From: Acidobacteriota bacterium
GTDB lineage: Bacteria; Acidobacteriota; Thermoanaerobaculia; Multivoradales; JBCCEF01
Direction: 5' to 3'
Assembly: GCA_039030395.1 (NCBI GenBank)
Contig: JBCCEF010000003.1
Span: forward strand, 320,830-384,829
DNA length: 64,000 nt
Below, piece by piece: positions 8,226 through 18,057 of the stretch. The position numbers were made by a program, and so were the translations under genes. Under the pieces are notes generated by a model. That model was not told where the DNA came from and did no database searches. It saw only the letters and a program-made list of their open reading frames with translations. Position 1 is the stretch's first letter. Every line of letters starts with the position of its first letter.

Positions 8226-9536
8226 TCACAATCCGAGGGGCAGATTCTTCGCCAGATCGAAGTAGAGCACCACCGCCATGAGCAGCAGGATCATCACGAA
8301 TCCCACCTGGGCGAAGGCCTCCTTGAGGCGCATGGGAAGGTCCCGGCGGATGCCGCTTTCGACCAGCAGCATCAGGATTTGGCCGCCGTCGAGAATGGGG
8401 ATCGGCAGCAGGTTGACCATGCCGATCGAAATCGAGAGAAAGCCCATTAGGTGGATCAAGCTCTTGAATCCGACCTGCGCCGCCCGCCCGCTCTGGACGG
8501 CGATCTCGATCGGTCCGCCGAGGGCGCCCTTGGCGGGAATGTCCCCTTGAAAGATGCTGCCGATCACCGCCACCGTCTGTTCGAGGATCTGGCGGTTGTA
8601 GCGCACACTCTGCACGATCGCCTCGATCGGACCGTACTTTTGGTAGATGCCCAGACTCACGCCGATCCGGCCGATGCCGTCCTCGCTGGTTGCCGGTGTG
8701 ACCTTCAGCACCATCGGTTCGCCCTTGCGCAGCACGCCCAGGTCGATGGCGGTGTCGGTTCGTTGCTCGATATAAAGGGCGAAGCTGGCCGAATCGAGCA
8801 CCGCGATGCCGTCGACGGTGGCGAGCTGGTCGCCGGCCTTCAGGCCGGCGGCGGCGGCGGGGGAACCTTTGGCGACCTCGACGATGCTCGGTCGGAGCTG
8901 CGGATAGAGGCCCGCCAGGTCGCCCACCTCGTACTTCTCGATGCTGCCCGGCGTCACCGTCGCTTCAAAGCGTTCGTCGCCGCGTTCGATCTGTAGCTGG
9001 ACCGGCCGGTTGGGCGAGGTGAGGAGAGCGAGCATCACGTCCGGCCAGCTATCCACCGATTCGCCGCCGACGGCCAGCACCCGGTCGCCCCGGCGCAGCC
9101 CCGCCTCCGCCGCCGAGGACCCCTCGACGGCGCCGCCCAGCACCGGTTCGATGTCCGGCAAGTCGGCGGTAGAGGTACCCACCATGAAGACACCGGCGAT
9201 CAGGGCGATGGCGAGCACCACGTTCATCACCGGGCCGGCCAGGTACACGAGGATGCGCTGCCAGCGCGGCTTCGACAGAAACTCGCGCGGATCGCCGCTT
9301 GCCTCCTCCGGCAGTTCGCCCCCCAGCTTGACGTAGCCGCCCAGGGGAATGAGGGACACCCGGTAGTCCGTCTCACCGCGCTGAAAGCCCCACAAGCGCT
9401 TGCCGAAGCCGAGGGAGAAGGTGTGCACTCGCACTTTGAAGGCTTTGGCGACCAGCAGGTGCCCGGCTTCGTGCACGAAGATGATGATGCCGAGGGCGAA
9501 GGGGAAGGCGTAGATGAAACTCAAGAAGTCGGTCAT
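8226..9536 (-). CDS. rseP: RIP metalloprotease RseP (site-2 protease)
   Basis: 436 aa. A HEAGH zinc motif sits in the first TM segment. There is a PDZ region (GLRRGDRVLAVGG, GLKAGDQL). A C-terminal LDGG motif is present. Confidence 0.9.
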   Translation of the reverse strand: MTDFLSFIYAFPFALGIIIFVHEAGHLLVAKAFKVRVHTFSLGFGKRLWGFQRGETDYRVSLIPLGGYVKLGGELPEEASGDPREFLSKPRWQRILVYLAGPVMNVVLAIALIAGVFMVGTSTADLPDIEPVLGGAVEGSSAAEAGLRRGDRVLAVGGESVDSWPDVMLALLTSPNRPVQLQIERGDERFEATVTPGSIEKYEVGDLAGLYPQLRPSIVEVAKGSPAAAAGLKAGDQLATVDGIAVLDSASFALYIEQRTDTAIDLGVLRKGEPMVLKVTPATSEDGIGRIGVSLGIYQKYGPIEAIVQSVRYNRQILEQTVAVIGSIFQGDIPAKGALGGPIEIAVQSGRAAQVGFKSLIHLMGFLSISIGMVNLLPIPILDGGQILMLLVESGIRRDLPMRLKEAFAQVGFVMILLLMAVVLYFDLAKNLPLGL

Positions 9537-9659
9537 AGGCTAATCGGAAGCTCTGTCGGTCGATGGGTCGTGGGGGTGTTTGTGTACCGCTCGTTTCGGT
9601 GCACCGAGGATAAGCAACCTGCCTACATTACGCAGGAATTCCCCTGGCGTTCTCGACCC

Positions 9660-10510
9660 TCACGGGCTCAGCAGGGCGGGGTCCAGCCACAGCACCGCGA
9701 GCCACAGCACCGGCAGGGCGAAGAGCACGCCGTCCACCCGGTCCCACAGGCCGCCGTGGCCCGGCAGTAGGGTCCCTGAGTCCTTGACTCCCGAGCCGCG
9801 CTTGAACATCGACTCGGCGAGATCTCCGATCTGCGCCGCGACCGAGGTCACCACCGCCAGCCCTAGCAAGACCGGCCGGATTTCGCCCAGCCGGAAGTGG
9901 CACCACAGGAGGGCGACCGCCAGCGATACGGCGAGGGCGGCGGCGGCTCCTTCCCAGCTCTTCTTCGGGCTCACCCGTGGCGCCATCTTGTGGCGCCCGA
10001 AGGGGCGGCCGACATAGTACGCACCGGTGTCTCCCAGCCAGGCGATGGCAAAGGCTAGAAACACCAGCCAGGGGTCGCTCTCGCGCAGCTCCCAGGCGGC
10101 GAGCACCGGCAGGGCGAAGTACGGCAGGCCGAAGGCGAAAGCCCCGACCGTTCGAAAACCGTGCTCCAGAGAGGTGCGGGCGGCGAGGACCGCCACCGGC
10201 AGCGCGATCGCGACGACCGCCGCCAGGGCCGCGACACCGCGCCCTTCGGTCATCGCCTCGCGCAGGCCCCAGGCGAAGGGGATGACCAGGATCGGCAGCA
10301 TCCCGAGGAGGCCGCGGCCCGGCCGCTCCTTTGCCGGCAGGGTGGCCGCCGCCGGATGGCGCGGCTCCTCCGGCAGGGCGATGCGGGTGTATTCCCAGGC
10401 GGCCAGCAGAACGCCCGCCGTCACCATCGACATGAAGACCCAGGTGGGTCCCAAGAGCATGCTGGCCAGGAAGGGCGGTGCGAGGATCGCCGCCGTGAGG
10501 AGTCGCTGCA
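9660..10510 (-). CDS. cdsA: Phosphatidate cytidylyltransferase
   Basis: The track ORF 9660..11120 is trimmed to the internal ATG (MQRLLTAAIL...). The CdsA C-terminal signature is SPKKSWEGAAAALAVS ... GDLAESMFKRGSGVKDSGTLLPGHGGLWDRVD. The upstream 200 aa of the track ORF overlap uppS in another frame and I treat them as artefact. Confidence 0.8.
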
Positions 10511-10579
10511 TGGAGGATGGTTGAGCCGAGGAGAGCGGGCCGCCTTCTCGGCACCGGAACCCGCGAACGCCGGGCTGGT

Positions 10580-11392
10580 TTACCCAGGAGCTCGGACGGT
10601 GGTTGGCGAAGAATCGTCGCGATCGGCGTCCTTGACGGCGCCGAAGCGGCGATCCCGCGCCTGGAAATCGAGAATCGCTTCGAACAGGGTGCCGCGGCGA
10701 AAATCCGGCCACAGGGTGTCCGTGAACCAGATCTCCGAATAGGCGATCTGCCACAGCAGAAAGTTGCTCACCCGCATCTCGCCGGAGGTGCGGATCAGGA
10801 GGTCCGGATCCGGCTGGCCGGAGGTGTAGAGGTAGCGGCCGAGGGTTTCCTCGTCGATGTCGGCGCCCTTGCCGGCCGCCCACTCGGTGACGATCCGCCG
10901 GCAGGCGTCCACGATCTCGCAGCGGCCGGAGTAATTGAGGGCGATGTTCAGCCCCATGTTCTCGCCGTCCTTGGTGGCGTCCAGGGCATTTTCCAGCACC
11001 GCGACGACGGACGGGTCCAGTTCCCGCCAGCGGCCCAGCACCTGGAGGCGAATGCCGTTCTTGATCAGCGTGTCGAGTTCCCGCTGGACGTATTCCTTGA
11101 GCAGGTTCATCAGCGTCCACACTTCGAAGCGGGGACGCTTCCAGTTCTCGATCGAGAAGGCGTAGAGGGTCAGCACTTCGAGATCGAGGCGCGCCGCCGC
11201 TTCCACCGTGTCGCGCACCGAGGCGATGCCGGCGCGGTGGCCTTCCACCCGGGGCAGACCACGGCTACGCGCCCAGCGCCCGTTGCCGTCCATGATGACG
11301 CCGACATGGCGGGGCAGTCGTTCCAGGTCTAGGCGCCGGACGAGAAGCTCTTCCGGCGAGCCCGGCTCGGCGAGTTTTGAGATTTCGATCAT
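10580..11392 (-). CDS. uppS: Isoprenyl transferase (undecaprenyl diphosphate synthase)
   Basis: 270 aa. HVGVIMDGNGRWA, LTLYAFSIENWKRP and IRTSGEMRVSNFLLWQIAYSE are hallmark UppS motifs. Confidence 0.9.
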   Translation of the reverse strand: MIEISKLAEPGSPEELLVRRLDLERLPRHVGVIMDGNGRWARSRGLPRVEGHRAGIASVRDTVEAAARLDLEVLTLYAFSIENWKRPRFEVWTLMNLLKEYVQRELDTLIKNGIRLQVLGRWRELDPSVVAVLENALDATKDGENMGLNIALNYSGRCEIVDACRRIVTEWAAGKGADIDEETLGRYLYTSGQPDPDLLIRTSGEMRVSNFLLWQIAYSEIWFTDTLWPDFRRGTLFEAILDFQARDRRFGAVKDADRDDSSPTTVRAPG

Positions 11393-11405
11393 TGCCTTCG
11401 GGGAT

Positions 11406-12191
11406 TTAAACTACCACATCCCCTCGTTCCTCTCCTCGGTTCACGGGCCCCCACTCCGGGGGGTAGAGAACACGCTCCAGGCACAGCCCTCGGGCCGGTG
11501 CCGTCGGGCCCGCTTCGCCGCGCGGCCGGCCGGTGAGCAAGCGGCGGAAATCCGCCGTCGTGCGCCGCCTGAGACCGATGTCAATCATCGTACCGACGAG
11601 GGAGCGCACCATGCCGCGCAGAAAGCCATCGCCGCGCACCCGGAAGCGGATCTCCCGGCCGTCTTCCTCCCACTCTGCCGACCGAATGTGGCGAGACGGA
11701 TGCCGATGGGAGCCGCCGGCGAGGGCAAATGCGGTGAAATCGTGGCGCCCGACCAGCGCCGCCGCGGCGCGCTGCAAGGCCCGGCGGTCGATGGCCTCGT
11801 GCACCGGCACCATGAAGGGCGCCTCGAGCGGCGGGATTACCGGGTGGCGCCACAGGCGGTAGACGTACTCCTTGCCGCCGGCCGAGCGCAGGGCGTGGAA
11901 GTCCGGCCGCATCCGATCCGCCGCCAGCACACGTATATCCGGCGGAAGGCGGCGGTTAGTGCCGTGCACCATGCCGCGGCGGGGAAACGGTGCCGGCAGG
12001 TCGAGGTGGGCCGCCTGGCCGCGGGCGTGCACGCCGGTATCCGTTCGGCTGGCGCCGTGCACGGTGACCGGCTCGCCGAGGAGATCCGCAAGGGCTCCTT
12101 CGACGGCCCCCTGGACCGTCGGCCCGGAAGGTTGGCGCTGCCAGCCGTAGTAGGCGTTGCCGCGATAGGACAGCAGCAGCCGGTACCTCAT
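11406..12191 (-). CDS. truA: tRNA pseudouridine(38-40) synthase
   Basis: The track ORF 11406..12671 is trimmed to the internal ATG (MRYRLLLSYRGNAYYGWQRQ). The catalytic GASRTDTGVHARGQ motif is present, giving 261 aa. The stop of the upstream gene overlaps this start by 4 nt. Confidence 0.85.
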   Translation of the reverse strand: MRYRLLLSYRGNAYYGWQRQPSGPTVQGAVEGALADLLGEPVTVHGASRTDTGVHARGQAAHLDLPAPFPRRGMVHGTNRRLPPDIRVLAADRMRPDFHALRSAGGKEYVYRLWRHPVIPPLEAPFMVPVHEAIDRRALQRAAAALVGRHDFTAFALAGGSHRHPSRHIRSAEWEEDGREIRFRVRGDGFLRGMVRSLVGTMIDIGLRRRTTADFRRLLTGRPRGEAGPTAPARGLCLERVLYPPEWGPVNRGEERGDVVV

Positions 12192-13540
12192 GGCGGCGAG
12201 GCTCCGTCCGCCGGTAGGGCACGAAACGCCTGGGAGGAGCGCCGGCGGCTGGACCAGCGCAGCAGGAAGAACGGCACCCAGATCGCTGAGAACACCCACG
12301 GCATGAGCGGAACGGAAAGAAACTGCGGCAGGTACGAAAGCGGCAACAGCGCCGCCAGGGTCAACCAGGCGGCATCGCGCGACAACGCCGCCCAAGGCAT
12401 CATCCACAGCGCATACCAGGGGTAGAAGGTGGCCGAGCACAGCAGCAGTCCTTCGAACAGCCGCGCCGTGCCGGCGACCGGGTCGCGCCGCCGCAGGGAG
12501 CGGGCCAGCACCCACAGCATGATCCCGGCCAGGATGGCCTTGGCGATCAGCCGGGGATAGACCCAGGGATAGAGCCCGTTGACCGTCTCGTGATGTCCGA
12601 TCCAGCCTTTCAGCCGGTCCAGCCCGCCGTGCAGCATCGGCACCAGGCCGCTCGCCTCCACGGCGCGCCACAGCGGCTCATACAGCGGGCCGTTGAACTC
12701 CCAGGACACGCCGTAGGTGGTGAGCCCCGGGGGCACCCCGCCGGCCGTCGCGACCACCGGTGCGAGGGAGACGGCGGTCACCCCGAGGGCGATGGCGGCG
12801 AACTTCCAAGGGCGTCCGCTGTGGCGCGCCCACATGGGAATCGCGGCGAGGGGCGCCAGCTTCGCCAGCACCCCACCGGCCGCCGCCAGGGGCGCCGTCA
12901 GGCCCTGCCGGCGCGGGCCGAGGAGCCACGCCACGGCGGCCACCGTCGCCGCCACGCCAAGGGCGTCCACGTGGCCCATGCCGGCGGTTTCCAGCGCCAC
13001 CAGAGGACTCCAGGCGTAGAGCGCCACGCGCACCTGGGGCAGGCCGCGGCGGCGCGCCACCAGGAGCAGGGCCCAGGCGCCGAGGACGTCGGCGGTCGCC
13101 AGGGCGCTTTTGATCCACAGGCTGCCGTTGTCGAAGACCGGATCCGGCAGGCGAGCGGCTATACTGAACACGCCCATCGCCAACGGCGGGTAGACGGTCG
13201 CCACCGAGCGGTGCGGCAGGGCTTGCCACAACTCGTCCCGCAATGGGGTGAGTTCGTCGGCGTCCGGTGCCAGAATGTAGGGGTTCTGGCCGGCGGCTGC
13301 CACCCGGCCGTCCCACACATAGCGCAGGAGATCGTCGGACAGAGTCGGCGTCAGCAGCAGCAGCGGCAGCCGCATCATCACTGCCACGATCAGTACCGCT
13401 CCGGCGACTGGGCCGGAATTAGGCTCCGCGCCCTCGATCCGACGAATCACCCACACCAGAGCACCGGTCCCCACCGCCAGCAGCACTACCGTCCATTCGA
13501 CGTGTTCCGCCAAATCTCCAACCCGCGCCAGCACCATCGC
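12188..13540 (-). CDS. Polytopic membrane protein, GT-C-fold glycosyltransferase-like (DUF2029/GT87-like)
   Basis: More than 10 predicted TM helices with periplasmic-loop acidic residues (SDDLLRYVWDGR). The start is set at the internal ATG (MVLARVGD...), which leaves 63 nt to the divergent GT2 gene. The alternative start at 13624 (MLRSSS...) would overlap the divergent gene. The family assignment is pattern-based and tentative. Confidence 0.45.
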   Translation of the reverse strand, partial: AMVLARVGDLAEHVEWTVVLLAVGTGALVWVIRRIEGAEPNSGPVAGAVLIVAVMMRLPLLLLTPTLSDDLLRYVWDGRVAAAGQNPYILAPDADELTPLRDELWQALPHRSVATVYPPLAMGVFSIAARLPDPVFDNGSLWIKSALATADVLGAWALLLVARRRGLPQVRVALYAWSPLVALETAGMGHVDALGVAATVAAVAWLLGPRRQGLTAPLAAAGGVLAKLAPLAAIPMWARHSGRPWKFAAIALGVTAVSLAPVVATAGGVPPGLTTYGVSWEFNGPLYEPLWRAVEASGLVPMLHGGLDRLKGWIGHHETVNGLYPWVYPRLIAKAILAGIMLWVLARSLRRRDPVAGTARLFEGLLLCSATFYPWYALWMMPWAALSRDAAWLTLAALLPLSYLPQFLSVPLMPWVFSAIWVPFFLLRWSSRRRSSQAFRALPADGASPP

Positions 13541-13602
13541 CAGGCCGACAAAGGGCAATCCGGCCAGGAAGACTCGCCGCGCCGCGGGCGAGGGGGATAC
13601 GA

Positions 13603-15108
13603 ATGACGAACTCGATCGGAGCATCGGTGGTGTTGCTGGCGTACTACGGGATTCTGGCGATCCTCGCCGCCTATGGCGTACACCGTATGGTGCTGGTGGC
13701 GCTCTACATCCGATTTCGGCGCCAGGTGGCGGTGGAACCGCCGGCGCCGGAAGAATGGCCGCGGGTGACGGTCCAACTGCCACTCTACAATGAGATGTAC
13801 GTCGCCCGCCGGTTGATCGACGCGGTGTGCACCCTCGACTATCCACCCGACCGGCTGGAGATCCAGGTTCTCGACGACTCGACGGACGAGACCCGCGACA
13901 TCGTGGCCGCCGCCGTCGAGCGTCAGCGCGCCCTCGGGCACCGCATCCGCCATCTTCACCGGACGGACCGCAGCGGTTTCAAGGCGGGGGCCCTCGCGGC
14001 CGGTTTGGAGGTCGCCGACGGCGACCTGGTGGCGGTTTTCGATGCCGACTTTCTGCCGACGCCGGAGTTCCTCCGGCGCACCGTGCCGCACTTCGCGGAC
14101 CCCGGGGTTGGCATGGTGCAGGCGCGGTGGGATCACCTCAATCGGTCGTTCTCGCTGCTGACCCGCATCCAGGCCATCTTCCTGGACGGCCACTTCGTCA
14201 TCGAGCACACGGCGCGCAACCGCAGCGGCTGCTTCTTCAACTTCAACGGCACCGCCGGGGTGTGGCGTCGGCGGGCGATCGCCGACGGCGGCGGCTGGCA
14301 GCACGACACCCTGACCGAGGATCTCGACCTTTCCTACCGTTCGCAGATGAGCGGCTGGCGTTTTGTGTACCTGCCGGATCTGCTGGTGCCGGCGGAACTG
14401 CCGGTCGAGATCAACGGCTTCAAAAGCCAGCAATACCGTTGGGCCAAGGGCTCCATCCAGACTGGCCGCAAGCTGCTCTCGCGCCTTCTCTCGGCGCCTT
14501 TGCCGCCGCGGGTCAAGGCCGAAGCGGTGGTGCACCTGACCAACAATTTCTGCTACCCCTTGATGGTACTGCTGGCGCTCCTGGTGTTCCCGGCGATGGT
14601 GCTGCGCCGCGGCTCGTCCTGGGAGGCGCTGCTCTTGATCGACCTGCCGATGTTCATGGCGGCCACCTCGTCGGTGCTGATCTTCTATATCGCCAGCCAG
14701 GTAGCCGGCGGCCGCGGTTGGCGCCGCACCTTGGGCGATCTACCGGCGCTGATGGGCCTCGGCATCGGCTTGTCGGTGAGCAATTCTGCGGCGGTGTTGA
14801 CCGGCCTCAAGGATCGCGGCGGCACCTTCGTCCGCACGCCGAAGTTCTCCATCGTCGAGCGCGGCGATGCGGATCGGCCCCGTCGTTACCGGGCCGGCCG
14901 CAGCATGACCTTCGCCATCGAGCTGGCCTTCGCCCTGTACTTCACGGTGGTCTTCGTGTACGCGGCGGTCGATGGTATGTGGGCCTCGCTACCGTTCCTC
15001 TATCTCTTTCTGCAGGGCTTCTGGTACATCGTGCTGCTGTCCCTGGCGGAGCGCTGGCGCCAGCCGTCGGCGGTGGAGACGCCTTGGCCGGCTTCAGGCG
15101 ACGGGTAG
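13603..15108 (+). CDS. Family-2 processive beta-glycosyltransferase (cellulose-synthase-like)
   Basis: 501 aa. Motifs are DDSTDET, the DxD VFDADF, TED, and Q(Q/R)xRW (QQYRWAKG). TM helices flank the catalytic domain, as in CslA/BcsA-like synthases. Confidence 0.8.
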   Translation: MTNSIGASVVLLAYYGILAILAAYGVHRMVLVALYIRFRRQVAVEPPAPEEWPRVTVQLPLYNEMYVARRLIDAVCTLDYPPDRLEIQVLDDSTDETRDIVAAAVERQRALGHRIRHLHRTDRSGFKAGALAAGLEVADGDLVAVFDADFLPTPEFLRRTVPHFADPGVGMVQARWDHLNRSFSLLTRIQAIFLDGHFVIEHTARNRSGCFFNFNGTAGVWRRRAIADGGGWQHDTLTEDLDLSYRSQMSGWRFVYLPDLLVPAELPVEINGFKSQQYRWAKGSIQTGRKLLSRLLSAPLPPRVKAEAVVHLTNNFCYPLMVLLALLVFPAMVLRRGSSWEALLLIDLPMFMAATSSVLIFYIASQVAGGRGWRRTLGDLPALMGLGIGLSVSNSAAVLTGLKDRGGTFVRTPKFSIVERGDADRPRRYRAGRSMTFAIELAFALYFTVVFVYAAVDGMWASLPFLYLFLQGFWYIVLLSLAERWRQPSAVETPWPASGDG

Positions 15109-15185
15109 ACCGCCGACCATTGTAGTAATCTGGAGGGTACTTTCATGGCGCTAGCTAGCACCATGAAACCGAGAGGTGCCCCCGC

Positions 15186-15728
15186 ATGTCCGTCGCCATC
15201 CAACGTCCCAGCCCGCGCGTCAGTCTGCGTCCGGCCGTGCCGCGAGATGCCGAGTACCTGCGGGCCTGGCGGGCGGAGGAGAGCGTGCGCCGCTACCAGC
15301 CGCTCAATGAACTCACCGTCGGTCAGCTACGCACCGACGTGGCGAGCCACCGCATGAGCGATCTCTACCGCTCGCGGGGCGAGAAGTTCCAGTGGATCGT
15401 CCTGATCGACGATCACCCGGCCGGTTGGATCACCTTGGTGGTCAGCAACTGGGAGCACGGCCTGGCGGAGGTGGGCTACGCTCTGTCGACCCAAGCCCAG
15501 GGCCAAGGGGTGATGACGGAGGCCCTCCGGCTGCTGATCGACGACCTCTTCACGGACACCCATCTCGAGCGCATCGAAGCGCGCTGCGCGGAGGGAAACC
15601 TCGCCTCCCAGCGGGTGCTCGAGAAGCTCGGATTCGAGCGCGAAGGTCTTCTGCGGAGCTACTTTCGGTTGCCCGAGGGACGGGTAGACAACTACCTGTT
15701 TTCGCTGCTGCGCTCGGACTGGGGGTAG
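15186..15728 (+). CDS. GNAT-family N-acetyltransferase (RimJ/RimL-like)
   Basis: 180 aa. The acetyl-CoA motif is QGQGVMTEALRLLIDDLF. It reads RLEARCAEGNLASQRVLEKLGFEREG. Confidence 0.8.
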   Translation: MSVAIQRPSPRVSLRPAVPRDAEYLRAWRAEESVRRYQPLNELTVGQLRTDVASHRMSDLYRSRGEKFQWIVLIDDHPAGWITLVVSNWEHGLAEVGYALSTQAQGQGVMTEALRLLIDDLFTDTHLERIEARCAEGNLASQRVLEKLGFEREGLLRSYFRLPEGRVDNYLFSLLRSDWG

Positions 15729-15731
15729 TCG

Positions 15732-17933
15732 CTACAGAAGTTCGAGGTTGGCGTACTTGGCGACCAATTTCCGCTTCCCCACCTTCGGAAAATAGATTGT
15801 CAGCTTCGAGTGCTCGCCCTCTCCTTCCAGGGTAATCACCGTGCCGTCCCCCAGGGTCGGATGACGTACCCGGCTGCCGCGGCGCACCTGCCGCGCCTCC
15901 TGCGACGGCTCTTCCCATTCGCGTTCCTGGGGGCTGTCCCGCGGGCTGCGGCCGAAGAAGGAGTAGACCTCGCCGGCCTCGCGGAACAGGCTGGGGCTGT
16001 GGCTCACGTCCAGTAGCTCCTCCGGCAGTTCCAGCAGGAAGGGCGACTCGCGCTGGTCCTGATAGCGCCCGGCGATGCGGCGGCGGCGGCAGCTCGTCAA
16101 GTACAGGTGCTGGCGCGCCCGGGTCATGCCCACATAGAGCAGGCGCCGCTCCTCTTCGAGATCGTCGCGGGTGCCTTGAGCGTTGAAGTGGGGCAGCAGG
16201 CCGTCCTCCAGGCCGCCGATCACCACCAGGTCGAACTCCAGCCCTTTGGCGCTGTGCAGGGTCATCACCGACACGCCGCGCTCGACGTCCCAGTCGTCGA
16301 GGTCCGCCACCAGGGCGATGTGGTCGAGGAATGGGGTCAGCAGATCGTCTTCGTCGGAGCCGTAGGCCCGGGATTCGGTGAACTCTTGGGCCGCCGACAG
16401 GAACTCGCGGATGTTCTCGATGCGCGCCTGGCCGTCCGGATCCTCCGGCCGGAAGAGATCCATGTAGCGGGTCTCTTCGAGCAGGCGGTCGAGGAGGGCC
16501 GGCAGCGGAAGGTCGGCGGCGGCCTCTCGCAGGTTCACCATCAGACCGCGGAAGCGCTCCGCTGCCTTGGCGGAGCGCGGCGGCAGATTCTGGGTTTGCC
16601 GGTGGTAGATCACGTCCCACAGCGGTTGGCCAAGGGCCTCGGCCTCCTGCTGGAGCAGCTCCTGGGTCGCTTTGCCGATGCCGCGCGGCGGTTGATTGAG
16701 AATGCGCCCCAGGGAGTAGCTGTCCTGCGGGTTGCGCAACACCCGCAAGTAGGCGACCAGGTCTTTGATTTCCGCCCGTTCGTAGAAGCGGGTGCCGCCG
16801 ACCAGTACGTAGGGAATGGCCGTCCGCAGGAGTTCCTCTTCGAGGGCTCGGGTCTGGGCGTTGGTGCGCACCAGGATCGCCATCTCGGAAAGCGGCAGGC
16901 GCTCCCGCATCCCCTGCAGCACGTTGACGATCCAGCGCGCCTCCTCCTGCTCGTCGGCGGCCTTGAATACCTCGATCTTGCCGCCCTCGCCGGCTTCCGT
17001 CCACAGCTCCTTGCCGCGCCGGCCTTCGTTGTTGGCGACCAGCGCGCCGGAGGCGTCGAGGATGGTCTGCGTGGAGCGGTAGTTCTGCTCCAGTTTGCGG
17101 ATGGTGGCGCCCGCGAAGTGACGCTCGAATTGCAGAATGTTCTCGAGTTCCGCGCCGCGCCAGCGGTAGATCCCCTGGTCTTCGTCGCCGACGGCGGTCA
17201 GGTTCGGTTCGTCGCCGGCCAGCAGCTCGATCATCCGCTGCTGCGCCTGGTTGGTGTCCTGGTATTCGTCCACCAGCAGAAAGCGGGCGCGGGAGCGCAT
17301 GCGGGCGAGCACGTCCGGCTCCTGCTCCATCAGCCGCACCGAGCAGAGCAGCATGTCGTCGAAGTCCACGCCCGAGGCTTGGGCGAGAAGGCCCTGGTAG
17401 CGCCGGTAACAGGGCGCCACCCGGCGGGCGAAAAAGCTATCCGCCTGATCTTCGAAGTCGTCCGGGTCGATCAAGCGGTTCTTGGCGCTGCTGACCGTCG
17501 CGAGTACCGCCCGCGGCGGGAAGGACTTCTCCGACAAGCCCTCGGCGGCCAGCGCCTTCTTCATCAGAGAGAGCTGGTCCGAGGTGTCCAGAATGGCGAA
17601 ATTCCTCGCCAGCCCCACCCGTTCGCCCCACCGCCGGAGCTGGATCAAAGCCCAGCGGTGGAAGGTGCCGACGAAGGTTTCGAGCGGCCATTGATCGACC
17701 AACGACTCCACCCGCTCGCGCATTTCCGCCGCCGCCTTGTTGGTGAAGGTGACGGCGGTGATCTCCCCGGGTCGCACGCCCAGCTCGCGCACCAGCCAGG
17801 CGATGCGGTAGGTGATCACCCGGGTCTTGCCGGAGCCCGCCCCGGCGATCACGAGCTGCGGTCCGTTGCCGTGGGTGACGGCTTCGCGCTGCTGCAGGTT
17901 GAGGTCGGCCTCGAGGTCCACGGCGGTCGTCAT
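15732..17933 (-). CDS. ATP-dependent DNA helicase, UvrD/PcrA family
   Basis: The track ORF 15732..18158 is trimmed to MTTAVDLEADLNLQQREAV. The 75 upstream codons are translated repeat element C (GLGAPSPEKPRLFRLTPS). Walker A is AGAGSGKT. There are helicase motifs DEYQDTNQAQ, VGDEDQGIYRWRGA and TLHSAKGLEFD. A C-terminal Tudor-like tail is present. Confidence 0.85.
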   Translation of the reverse strand: MTTAVDLEADLNLQQREAVTHGNGPQLVIAGAGSGKTRVITYRIAWLVRELGVRPGEITAVTFTNKAAAEMRERVESLVDQWPLETFVGTFHRWALIQLRRWGERVGLARNFAILDTSDQLSLMKKALAAEGLSEKSFPPRAVLATVSSAKNRLIDPDDFEDQADSFFARRVAPCYRRYQGLLAQASGVDFDDMLLCSVRLMEQEPDVLARMRSRARFLLVDEYQDTNQAQQRMIELLAGDEPNLTAVGDEDQGIYRWRGAELENILQFERHFAGATIRKLEQNYRSTQTILDASGALVANNEGRRGKELWTEAGEGGKIEVFKAADEQEEARWIVNVLQGMRERLPLSEMAILVRTNAQTRALEEELLRTAIPYVLVGGTRFYERAEIKDLVAYLRVLRNPQDSYSLGRILNQPPRGIGKATQELLQQEAEALGQPLWDVIYHRQTQNLPPRSAKAAERFRGLMVNLREAAADLPLPALLDRLLEETRYMDLFRPEDPDGQARIENIREFLSAAQEFTESRAYGSDEDDLLTPFLDHIALVADLDDWDVERGVSVMTLHSAKGLEFDLVVIGGLEDGLLPHFNAQGTRDDLEEERRLLYVGMTRARQHLYLTSCRRRRIAGRYQDQRESPFLLELPEELLDVSHSPSLFREAGEVYSFFGRSPRDSPQEREWEEPSQEARQVRRGSRVRHPTLGDGTVITLEGEGEHSKLTIYFPKVGKRKLVAKYANLELL

Positions 17934-18057
17934 GGCCGGAGTCTCTCCGAGGCTTAGGGGAGATGGCAACCCTTGTTCCTTGGTACAGATGAAAACGACC
18001 GGATCCGCCCCAGAAGGGCCGATCCGGTTGATGACGATCCCCGATCGCTGCTCCGAG

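Noticed and set aside
9628-11120. Track ORFs 9628..10554 (-), 10027..10524 (+), 10517..11332 (+) and the upstream 200 aa of 9660..11120
   Set aside because: They overlap cdsA/uppS in wrong frames or antisense. The cdsA ORF's upstream extension runs through uppS in another frame.
11208-13606. Track ORFs 11208..12425 (+), 12590..13606 (+) and 12678..13316 (-)
   Set aside because: They are antisense or alternative-frame to truA and the GT-C membrane protein gene, with Arg/Gly/Pro-rich artefactual translations.
13486-15125. Track ORFs 13486..14535 (-) and 13827..15125 (+)
   Set aside because: They overlap the GT2 synthase gene, whose own frame carries the DxD/QxxRW motifs. These are GC-driven alternative frames.
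15550-17957. Track ORFs 15550..17004 (-), 16107..17957 (+) and 15810..16016 (+) overlapping the UvrD/PcrA helicase gene
   Set aside because: They are alternative-frame or antisense ORFs with low-complexity translations. The helicase frame carries all the Walker and helicase motifs.
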